Shown here: positions 57,275 to 64,000 of the stretch, piece by piece
Position numbering within the stretch: the first letter of the stretch is position 1
Layout: each line of letters starts with the position of its first letter
Virus record (IMG/VR): IMGVR_UViG_3300016662_000010
Origin: an uncultured virus (IMG/VR IMGVR_UViG_3300016662_000010)
Taxonomy: Duplodnaviria > Heunggongvirae > Uroviricota > Caudoviricetes
Reading direction: 5' to 3' (one strand)
DNA length: 64,000 nucleotides
Notes under the pieces: generated by a model
Databases searched by the model: none
What the model was told of the DNA's origin: nothing
Seen by the model: the letters and a program-made list of their open reading frames with translations, nothing else
Position numbers and translations under genes: made by a program

Positions 57275-57692
57275 GGAGATTGGAGTTATCTTGAACTGTT
57301 AATTCACGTTCGTTGAAGTCTACTTCAATTTGCAAACCATTGATATGTACCACGGCATAACCAAGTGAAGGATAGTTGTGCACTGAATTGCTGAAACGAC
57401 TAACAACAGTTATGTGTTGTTCTTGAGCTTCTGTTTCTTGTGCACTGGGAACAGCATTGTCTTCGGGTTTATCAGCCGGAGCTTCGGTGACTTCCTCTTC
57501 GTCTGGTAGGAGCCTGAGCAGTTCAAACATTGGGTACGCATAATGAATGTTGCTTTGGCCTTCGTGATGGTAGTGATACCAAATGCCACCAATGAGAGCA
57601 GACCTGTCTTCAAGGCCCAAAACAGTCACCACTTTTCCGTCCGCCCTTTTCCAGCGTTGCCCCAGTTTTAAGATTTCCTTGCTGAACTCCAC
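57252..57692 (-). CDS. Hypothetical protein (GQxW module)
   Basis: GTG start, LKLGQRWKRADGKVVTV; the longer track ORF runs through a terminator and ncRNA. Confidence 0.6.
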   Translation of the reverse strand: MEFSKEILKLGQRWKRADGKVVTVLGLEDRSALIGGIWYHYHHEGQSNIHYAYPMFELLRLLPDEEEVTEAPADKPEDNAVPSAQETEAQEQHITVVSRFSNSVHNYPSLGYAVVHINGLQIEVDFNERELTVQDNSNLHEPLSDL

Positions 57693-57749
57693 GATTGCTC
57701 TATTGCGGCGTGCCCTGCGAGAATACCATGGACAGAACGGGAATGCAAG

Positions 57750-57780
57750 AAAAAGGCCCCGGGATTGCCGTCCCGAGACC
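57750..57780 (-). terminator. Strong terminator closing the ncRNA region
   Basis: GGTCTCGGGA-CGGCAA-TCCCGGGGCC plus TTTTT. Confidence 0.8.
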
Positions 57781-57833
57781 TGAGGTGATTCACAACCGAA
57801 CCGGGGAGAGAGGCCCCAGCCCATCAGATCATA

Positions 57834-57908
57834 ACACCCAGGCGGGATTTGAACCCACATCGTCCTGCAGCAGCAGAACCGTCTTGTCCAGTTAGCTCGG
57901 ACTAGGTG
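57834..57908 (-). ncRNA. tRNA-like element without canonical anticodon loop
   Basis: Acceptor CACCTAG/CTGGGTG, T arm GTGGG-TTCAAAT-CCCGC, D-loop-like AACTGG, central hairpin GTTCTGC-TGCT-GCAGGAC. Confidence 0.65.
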
Positions 57909-58146
57909 AGCAGCCTCCCGATTTGAGCATCGTTGAGAGGCTTGGGAGGATGGGTCCGTTGCAGTGGGGCTCGAAAGTCCATGCCAGTGGAACCATACTG
58001 TTCAGAAGGCGTCCCTTCTGGCCCGCAATCACGGGACTTATCCCAGACCAGGAAAGAACGAACTAGAGTCGAACTTTAGAACTGGCTGGACTCCATCGAC
58101 AGAGCAATGGAGGGAAAGCAATTCCAGTTGCCGGTCATTCCACCCC

Positions 58147-58210
58147 TGGGATGGAGTGGGAGTCGAACCCACAAAGGCCAGCCCCTAGGGGCCGCTGGGA
58201 GTTCCACCCA
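58147..58210 (-). ncRNA. Second degenerate tRNA-like element
   Basis: T arm GTGGG-TTCGACT-CCCAC, possible TGGGTGGA/TCCATCCCA stem, GC hairpin CGGCCCC/GGGGCTG. Confidence 0.45.
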
Positions 58211-58307
58211 GATTGCTCATTGACTATAGCGTCACTTGAGCCCTATGGCAATGGTGATGGGCTGACCGTGCCGCCCTCTAGGCTATCTGCCTAGCGCGTA
58301 CAGAGGA

Positions 58308-59390
58308 TCAGCCTCCATCATTGGCTATTGTAGCTATACGACGCTGGCTAATTTCGTAGTACGCCTGTTCCTTCTCTATTCCAATAAAGCCAAACCCTTC
58401 CTCAGCAGCCGCAATGCCAGTCGTTCCACTGCCCATAAATGGGTCAAGGACGGTCCCGCCTGGGGGAGTCACAAGACGGCACAAGTAGCGCATTAGACTG
58501 AGAGGTTTGACAGTGGGATGATTGTTGCCTTCTCCACGTTCGCGCTTACTGGTTTTGGAGCAGTAGAAAAAGCGGGCAGCAGAGCCTAGTTGAACCACTA
58601 CCTCGTCGCTGCCATTGTGGAGCAAGTTGGCGGGCCAGCGGCCAATGGATTCACCAGGGCGCTGCTCGTTGTAACTAGCGGGCCTGGCCGGCGTCTCCCA
58701 ACCAGTCGCGCCAGTCGATGCGTTTGGGGCTGCGTGAGTGCGTCGCTCAACAGATGGTGATGGCTCGCCTTCCACCCTGCATCCATCCACGTTGATCCCT
58801 CCAGTCCCCCATTGCAGCACATTGGCAGCAACGGTTCCCTTAAATGGTTTGCGGGCCATGGTGATAATTTCAGTGGCTGGTTTCAATGCCGTGCCCCATC
58901 CCTCCCATCGCTTTGCCTCATCAGTGACAGGTGCTGTGATCATCGCGCTATCTGGCATTCCCACTGCACTCATGTTCAGCGAATTACCTCCAGCCTTGTT
59001 GCCAGCGGGATTGGGATGAAGGCCAATCACAGTTCGCTCTACGCCAGCGGCCTTGTCCAAGGCCTTGCTGATGTCCAATGACTTGGGAAATCCACTGCCA
59101 TAATGCCACATCACAAGATCCCTAATCTCAAATCCTGCATCTTCAATTTTGATTGCCATTCGATGCTGAGTACGAGTGCCAGCAAAAGCCAATAAGTGTC
59201 CACCAGGCTTCAAGACTCGCAAGCATTCAGCCCATATCTCCTCACTTGGCACGTCATAATCCCATTTCTTGCCCATGAAAGAAAGGCCATACGGAGGGTC
59301 TGTGACAATGGCGTCAACAGAAGCATCAGGCATGGCCTTGAGTTCGTCTAGGCAGTCACCATGAATCAAATGGGACGATGGAGAAGGCAT
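58308..59390 (-). CDS. Orphan N6-adenine/N4-cytosine DNA methyltransferase (beta class)
   Basis: IVTDPPY, HPTVKP, VLDPFMGSGTT. Confidence 0.95.
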   Translation of the reverse strand: MPSPSSHLIHGDCLDELKAMPDASVDAIVTDPPYGLSFMGKKWDYDVPSEEIWAECLRVLKPGGHLLAFAGTRTQHRMAIKIEDAGFEIRDLVMWHYGSGFPKSLDISKALDKAAGVERTVIGLHPNPAGNKAGGNSLNMSAVGMPDSAMITAPVTDEAKRWEGWGTALKPATEIITMARKPFKGTVAANVLQWGTGGINVDGCRVEGEPSPSVERRTHAAPNASTGATGWETPARPASYNEQRPGESIGRWPANLLHNGSDEVVVQLGSAARFFYCSKTSKRERGEGNNHPTVKPLSLMRYLCRLVTPPGGTVLDPFMGSGTTGIAAAEEGFGFIGIEKEQAYYEISQRRIATIANDGG

Positions 59391-59416
59391 TGATTAGCAC
59401 AAAGTCGTACCAGCAC

Positions 59417-59683
59417 AGCTTATCGCCCATAGCTCGGTTGCGAAGTTGATGGCTCAATGACTACAGCGCCTACTGGTTTCGTGGCAAAGGTACTCGTTTG
59501 CTGATTCGGGGAACTACAAACTTGGTCACTTTTTCAATCTCTTCTCTCCCGACCCTGCTCATTAGTATGTCATAAGCGCTGACAAAAGCAACTCCAGAAC
59601 GAGAGACTTTGATTTCAGGCTTCTCAAACTTTGCTTCAGACATGAATAGCTTATCGCCCATAGCTCGGTTGCGAAGTTGATGG
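59417..59683. repeat. Perfect 36-bp direct repeat (59417-59452 and 59648-59683)
   Basis: AGCTTATCGCCCATAGCTCGGTTGCGAAGTTGATGG occurs twice. Confidence 0.95.
59470..59643 (-). CDS. Small hypothetical protein between the 36-bp repeats
   Basis: MSEAKFEKPEIKVSRSGVAFVSAYDILMS... Confidence 0.55.
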   Translation of the reverse strand: MSEAKFEKPEIKVSRSGVAFVSAYDILMSRVGREEIEKVTKFVVPRISKRVPLPRNQ

Positions 59684-60391
59684 TGACTCAAAGAACGAAA
59701 TCATCCGGCTTGCACGCGATTCCACCATGTCAGGCGCTTTGCCCTTTTCGTACAAGCTATCACTTTGCCGCAGCCAGAAGTCTTTATCTAACCACTTGTC
59801 TGCATTAGCTCCAAGACAATCAAAAAGCCATAGTGCAGTGGCACGTCTCAAGCGGTTAAGGCTATTCGTTGTAGCTTCATTCAACTCTGCGGCCAGCAAG
59901 CTATTGACTCCTACATGCACTTGTTCATCGCGGCTAATATCTTGGCTGACAGTCCTCATGCCAATATCGCCATTAAATCGAAAGAACGGCAAGGCAACAA
60001 AGAAAATGGACCGCTCCAGAATAGCAGCCTTAAGGATGGGATGGGCGGGATGCTCCATCCAAGCCTTGCGAATGGACTGGGCTTCTGCTTCGGCCTTGTC
60101 GTCAGTGCCATGGGCAAGAGCAACGTAGTTCAGGGCCTGATCATGCCGTTCTTCGTCCTCTTGATTGCTCAGCAGCGCCTCAACGATGCCTGGAGTGGCG
60201 GGAAGCTCCTTTGCCATGCCTTGCTCCAAAAGCTCAGCCACAGGCAGTTCTAGGGCTCTCAGGGCCAGACAGCGAAACAACGTATCGCCAGCGCCGTCTT
60301 TCACTGCGCCTTTGTCCACGGCCACAGCAGACCATGGCCGCTTTTTACTAATCATGTTGGAATAGGGAGAAGCCAAGGCAGAAGAAGTCAC
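59651..60391 (-). CDS. nrdB: Ribonucleotide reductase small subunit (ferritin-like, cyanophage type)
   Basis: ALE, DEERH, LE, DISRDEQVH di-metal ligands; adjacent to the large subunit. Confidence 0.85.
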   Translation of the reverse strand: MTSSALASPYSNMISKKRPWSAVAVDKGAVKDGAGDTLFRCLALRALELPVAELLEQGMAKELPATPGIVEALLSNQEDEERHDQALNYVALAHGTDDKAEAEAQSIRKAWMEHPAHPILKAAILERSIFFVALPFFRFNGDIGMRTVSQDISRDEQVHVGVNSLLAAELNEATTNSLNRLRRATALWLFDCLGANADKWLDKDFWLRQSDSLYEKGKAPDMVESRASRMISFFESPSTSQPSYGR

Positions 60392-60413
60392 AATGGAGAA
60401 AGCAATAGGGACT

Positions 60414-60440
60414 AAAAAGGGGGCCGAATTAGTGGCCCCC
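60414..60440 (-). terminator. Terminator-like hairpin between RNR subunit genes
   Basis: GGGGGCC-ACTAATTC-GGCCCCC plus TTTTT. Confidence 0.6.
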
Positions 60441-60463
60441 AAAGTTAAAAGCGGGAGCCAGTA

Positions 60464-61861
60464 TTATTCGCTACAGGACGTGCATTGTTGCCCTTGCGGC
60501 AAGTAATCTTCTAAGCCAAACAGTTCCTTGAACTCATCATCCAATGCCACGTAGGCATCATCTTTAGCTTGAATGTTTGGCATTACAGGCAGGGCATAAT
60601 ACAGGCTGGTTTGTGGACTTACCAGCCAATCACGAAGGAACGCTTCGTCACATTGAACCATGTCTGACCACCAGTTATAGGAATAACCGTGGAACAGACC
60701 AGTCGCTTGCATCATGCTAACAATGCCATTGGCTACGCGCTTGTATACGTCCCATCCCACTTCTGATGCAATTTCCACTTCGCCATAGTCAAAAGACTCA
60801 ACGCCAAAAGTACCACTATCGCGGTCAACAGTTTGACCAATGGGCGGAGCAATTTCGGGGGCAGTAGTGAAACCTTTGCTATCAAGATGGCGATAGGCGC
60901 AAGAGGCAGTGGGAGCAATGCAAAAAGCACGTTCCATTTCGTTGGCACGAGCAATTTCAGCGGCCTCGTTAATACCTGCCCGAATCAAGGCGACCAAAGC
61001 ATTGGCATCTGGACGGTCTGATTTCCCTTCCAAGGCATCAGCAAAGTTTGCATAGCTAATGCCATGAATGGCAAGGCAGTTCGCCAATCCCAGCAAGCCA
61101 AGGCCCACTTGACGATCAATGGAAGGAAGCAGATATTCGCCAGTGTTACCAACACCGGTCCTACTGTGCAGTTCACACAGTTGCGCCATGCCTTGCCTAA
61201 ACACGCCACGGAACTGTTCGGGCTCCATGATGGACAAAGCTCCAAGATTGACGTGCTGCAAGAGGCAAGTGCCGCGATGGGGCAGCAGGACTTCCAAGCA
61301 GACATTCCCGTAAATGCGGGCGCCACTATCATCAGTCTTCATCTTTGTCAGCCACACATCGCCATTCGTGATGCCTTTAATCGCGGCAGCAATTAATTCG
61401 GGTGATGCTTTGTCTAGGAAATGATTATCAACATTCAAGCAGCGTTTCGCCCATGGAAACAAAGCTCGTGGTGCTGAAACAAACTTAATGGCATCAGGAT
61501 GGGAATAGTCAAGATGCAACACTACTGCCCCATTCTTGAACTTACCACCACGACGCAGCACTTCATTGAGCTTGCTGTAAATCATGCCGAAACTAACAGG
61601 CCCACTGGCAACAAGCCCTTTTCCATTGTCACTACCCTCGGGGCGCAGTTTAGACAAATGAACGGCAACTCCAGCACCATTCCGCAAACCATGCGAAACA
61701 AAACGCCATGACGCTTCAATACCATCTTCATCTTCCATGCCATCATTAACCACGAAAACAGTACATGATACTGGCAGACGACCTGATGGATCATCAAGCC
61801 AATCTTGCACGCGACCAGTACGAGCAATGGGCAAGCAGCGAGCGTTGTCTTTGAGCGCCAT
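60464..61861 (-). CDS. nrdA: Ribonucleotide reductase large subunit (short cyanosipho/podovirus type)
   Basis: RLPVSCT, NGAGV, ASGPVSF, RRGG, NVCLE, IAPTAS, SLYY, terminal CTSC. Confidence 0.93.
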   Translation of the reverse strand: MALKDNARCLPIARTGRVQDWLDDPSGRLPVSCTVFVVNDGMEDEDGIEASWRFVSHGLRNGAGVAVHLSKLRPEGSDNGKGLVASGPVSFGMIYSKLNEVLRRGGKFKNGAVVLHLDYSHPDAIKFVSAPRALFPWAKRCLNVDNHFLDKASPELIAAAIKGITNGDVWLTKMKTDDSGARIYGNVCLEVLLPHRGTCLLQHVNLGALSIMEPEQFRGVFRQGMAQLCELHSRTGVGNTGEYLLPSIDRQVGLGLLGLANCLAIHGISYANFADALEGKSDRPDANALVALIRAGINEAAEIARANEMERAFCIAPTASCAYRHLDSKGFTTAPEIAPPIGQTVDRDSGTFGVESFDYGEVEIASEVGWDVYKRVANGIVSMMQATGLFHGYSYNWWSDMVQCDEAFLRDWLVSPQTSLYYALPVMPNIQAKDDAYVALDDEFKELFGLEDYLPQGQQCTSCSE

Positions 61862-61867
61862 AGACAG

Positions 61868-61887
61868 AAAAGGGGCCTTGAGGCCCC
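61868..61887 (-). terminator. Hairpin plus T-run just upstream of nrdA
   Basis: GGGGCC-TCAA-GGCCCC-TTTT. Confidence 0.45.
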
Positions 61888-61919
61888 GGGGGTGAACAAA
61901 GGTAGCCTAGCACCAAAGC

Positions 61920-62111
61920 TCAGTTGCAAATGCCATCTTCCGGTGCGTCTAGCTTGTCTTTAGCAAATAGCATGGCCTCAGCCTTGCTCCTGAACCAGTA
62001 GGGTTTGCCTTCATAGGCAATAAACCACTGAAAACCAGGACGGCTATAGCAAGGCCATACTTTGATTTTACCAATGTACCATGGGTCAACGTATTGAGAA
62101 AGGGAAATCAT
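61920..62111 (-). CDS. Hypothetical protein
   Basis: 63-aa aromatic-rich ORF. Confidence 0.55.
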   Translation of the reverse strand: MISLSQYVDPWYIGKIKVWPCYSRPGFQWFIAYEGKPYWFRSKAEAMLFAKDKLDAPEDGICN

Positions 62112-62141
62112 TGCATCAAGGCTTTGGTTTATTGTAAGAGG

Positions 62142-62357
62142 CTAATCAATATCATTTCGTAACCATTGCAACAGTTGCCATCGCATTGTGGCAGCCAATG
62201 GGAAATAGCGTGGTTTTTGGTAATGTTGCCACAAGAGGGCATGGCCATAAAGGCTTACGGTTCCCCAGTAAAGCGAAAAGGGATGGTCAAGAATGCTATT
62301 GGTCCAATGCACTGAACCAATCTGCCCACCATGGGAATCAACACGAATGATGATCAT
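62142..62357 (-). CDS. Hypothetical protein (GGxIG..WTNS paralog)
   Basis: VDSHGGQIGSVHWTNS...WG.V. Confidence 0.55.
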   Translation of the reverse strand: MIIIRVDSHGGQIGSVHWTNSILDHPFSLYWGTVSLYGHALLWQHYQKPRYFPLAATMRWQLLQWLRNDID

Positions 62358-62361
62358 GGCG

Positions 62362-62565
62362 CTATGAACAAGTGTGGAGTTGAGTGTCAACTATGTTGTT
62401 GACTAAATCTCTTGTGGACAGTTCCTCTAAGCGTTCATGCGTAGACATTTCTCCATTCGCAAGCTCCTCGGCCATTGCCAGGGCTTCATGGAAATAGGCT
62501 GCTTCTAAAATCACTTCGGTTTGAACTTTGATATAGTCTGTGATCTGAAAGGTGTATTCAGGCAT
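62362..62565 (-). CDS. Hypothetical protein
   Basis: EAAYFHEALAMAEE pattern. Confidence 0.55.
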   Translation of the reverse strand: MPEYTFQITDYIKVQTEVILEAAYFHEALAMAEELANGEMSTHERLEELSTRDLVNNIVDTQLHTCS

Positions 62566-62797
62566 GATTGGCTAGACGCTGTAGAAGAGAGGAGACAATG
62601 GAGGGGAAAATAGGGCCTTCGTATTGCTCGTAGTAAAACCGCAAGCAGTCCCATGTGACGCAGCCCCATCGAGAATGAGGAGCCGTTAGGACGGCTTGAT
62701 CGTCCAATTCAACAACTGCCATATCAACAAGCTCAGTGTTGCTATTGGTCCAGAAGATGCGGCCAATGTGGCCACCAGAAGAGTTGACGAAAATCAT
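62558..62797 (-). CDS. Hypothetical protein (GGxIG..WTNS paralog)
   Basis: VNSSGGHIGRIFWTNS...WG.V. Confidence 0.55.
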   Translation of the reverse strand: MIFVNSSGGHIGRIFWTNSNTELVDMAVVELDDQAVLTAPHSRWGCVTWDCLRFYYEQYEGPIFPSIVSSLLQRLANHA

Positions 62798-62973
62798 GGC
62801 CTAGGAGGAAAATGAGAATGTCCAGAAAAGTGCAGCAGAGCGTCCCTAACAGTGATGTAGTCGCTCCTGACTTCCATGAGCGTTTGCCCGCCCATGGCAA
62901 GCGCCTGGAGGGACTCTAGAGCCTCCTCAAGCGTAGGAGGGGGCGATGGAGGGGAATTAGGGGGAATGGTCAT
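62794..62973 (-). CDS. Small hypothetical protein (not in ORF track)
   Basis: MTIPPNSPPSPPPTLEEALESL...; ATGA overlaps at both ends. Confidence 0.5.
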   Translation of the reverse strand: MTIPPNSPPSPPPTLEEALESLQALAMGGQTLMEVRSDYITVRDALLHFSGHSHFPPRP

Positions 62974-63266
62974 GGTAGGAAGTCTTCTTGTGAGAAAAAC
63001 CTAGGCTTAACTGGCTTACCAGTGAACGGGTTGGTGGGCTGCCGATCAGCTCCTGGGTCTGGATAGTTGATTGAGCAGATGAAGGGGCGTTGCAAGCCTA
63101 GGCTGTCAAGCCGGTGGTCGTCGAAGCGTCGTGGTCGCCTACGACTTGAGGACGGGTTGGTGTTCTTGTGGCTGAACCGGCTGAACCTTGGATGCCACGG
63201 CCAGCCAAACACAACCGCACTACAAGTGGCACCAATGGCAAACCATGCAAGACGAGGATCAATCAT
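62970..63266 (-). CDS. Hypothetical protein with N-terminal hydrophobic segment
   Basis: LAWFAIGATCSAVVFGW. Confidence 0.5.
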   Translation of the reverse strand: MIDPRLAWFAIGATCSAVVFGWPWHPRFSRFSHKNTNPSSSRRRPRRFDDHRLDSLGLQRPFICSINYPDPGADRQPTNPFTGKPVKPRFFSQEDFLP

Positions 63267-63269
63267 AAG

Positions 63270-63512
63270 TCACAAGCCCCAAAGCCATTTGCCCAAAAAC
63301 TTGGCAACATAGCCTGTATCACCACAGGTGTCGCAAGGTACATGAATCACTTTGCCATAGGCATAATCTGGCCAGTCATCAAGACAGAACTCTTTGGCTT
63401 CTTGTTCTGAGCACCTTCGTTCCAAATCATCGTGAGGCCGTTCTTTTAAGGCATAATCAATCCACCATTCCCCGCCAGCACCATCACAATCTAGGCACTT
63501 TATGGTTTCCAT
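63270..63512 (-). CDS. DnaJ-type zinc-finger-like protein
   Basis: CLDCDGAG...CDTCGDTG. Confidence 0.65.
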   Translation of the reverse strand: METIKCLDCDGAGGEWWIDYALKERPHDDLERRCSEQEAKEFCLDDWPDYAYGKVIHVPCDTCGDTGYVAKFLGKWLWGL

Positions 63513-63949
63513 TACTTTTCCTCCATTGCTTTCTTAACGGCCATGACGCCAGCCCTAGCAATATCACTAGCAGAACCATGGCTCCAAAATGATGGCACCA
63601 AAGCTCCAGTCTTGGCCATTGCATCACGAAAGTCTTGAATGAGCTTTTGTTGCTCTGCCGTGTAGGGCTCATTCTGCGCACTAGGCTTGCCTTTGGCAGC
63701 CTCTTCCATGGCCTGTTCCATTGCCACTTGAGCAACAGAAGCCGCCGCCAGGAAAGCCGCATGATCAGGCTCAATGCTCATGTAAGTGCGATGATGGCCA
63801 GTGGTGATGCAATGGACAAGACGAAAGGAGCCTGCTTCCATTAGATCGTGGTCGTGGTCCCGCCAGTCATTTGCATTGCCCCATGGAACATAGCGCCTGC
63901 CTTTCTTAGCGAAAAGCTGAATGCCAGAATCTAAGCTAGTGGTGTTCAT
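63512..63949 (-). CDS. Hypothetical protein
   Basis: LFAKKGRRYVP; TAATG coupling. Confidence 0.6.
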   Translation of the reverse strand: MNTTSLDSGIQLFAKKGRRYVPWGNANDWRDHDHDLMEAGSFRLVHCITTGHHRTYMSIEPDHAAFLAAASVAQVAMEQAMEEAAKGKPSAQNEPYTAEQQKLIQDFRDAMAKTGALVPSFWSHGSASDIARAGVMAVKKAMEEK

Positions 63950-64000
63950 TAGAGATTAGCCTCAATCCTCTTTGCTTTCAACGACGCTTCCATGATTTCC
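63949..64000 (-). CDS. 3' end of a gene truncated by window edge
   Basis: ...EIMEASLKAKRIEANL* with stop overlapping the next ATG. Confidence 0.4.
   Translation of the reverse strand, partial: EIMEASLKAKRIEANL

Larger units (their letters stand above)
57781..58264 (-). ncRNA. Putative large structured ncRNA or cluster of small structured RNAs
   Basis: About 10 adjacent hairpins, three TTCRA T-loop-like elements, no credible ORF, terminator at 3' end. Confidence 0.65.

Noticed and set aside
57693..57860. 5' extension of ORF 57252-57860 and ORF 57964-58188
   Set aside because: They run through a terminator and structured RNA elements and look non-coding.
57750..58300. tmRNA, one-piece or permuted
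   Set aside because: No GGGG-initiated alanyl acceptor pairing with a T arm, and no tag reading frame ending in Ala residues found.
58308..59390. Complete restriction-modification system
   Set aside because: No cognate endonuclease adjacent; treated as an orphan methyltransferase.
60464..61861. Class II (NrdJ) ribonucleotide reductase
   Set aside because: An adjacent ferritin-like subunit and the SLYY pair indicate class I.
1..64000. Prophage boundaries, integrase, host genes or photosystem genes
   Set aside because: None recognised in the window; lifestyle cannot be determined.

Overview
The window is a large part of a dsDNA tailed phage genome, with ORFs running off both ends. It has a long non-contractile tail (1777-aa tape measure, lambda-like M/L/K/I-J tail tip). 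The host is very probably a cyanobacterium, judged from a cyanosipho/podovirus-type class I RNR pair, a CP12-like ORF, ThyX, and pentapeptide-repeat and RTX-type genes. Layout: 1-5.3 kb accessory genes with two sigma70-type promoters; 5.5-14.3 kb replication, recombination and nucleotide genes (primase-helicase, Sak3-like SSAP, PD-(D/E)XK exonuclease, SSB-like, dcd, thyX, HNH); 14.4-15.9 kb lysis; 15.9-53.7 kb a minus-strand virion operon (portal, head morphogenesis, a 5-gene glycosyltransferase/hydroxylase/methyltransferase cassette, protease, cement, capsid, tail, about 12 appendage genes); 53.8-56.1 kb a divergent terminase with a mini-intein; 56.1-64 kb CP12-like gene, tRNA-Leu, phosphoesterase, a ~500-nt structured non-coding region, DNA methyltransferase, RNR and small ORFs. 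I recognised no integrase, DNA polymerase, reverse transcriptase or CRISPR array. Main leads: (1) a virion-operon glycosylation cassette paired with strong Ser-Gly enrichment restricted to surface/appendage proteins, a candidate sequon-directed virion glycosylation system; (2) three candidate -1 programmed frameshifts, two outside the usual tail-chaperone context; (3) a large hairpin-dense ncRNA containing anticodon-less tRNA-like domains. All family assignments come from motif recognition by eye, not from database searches.
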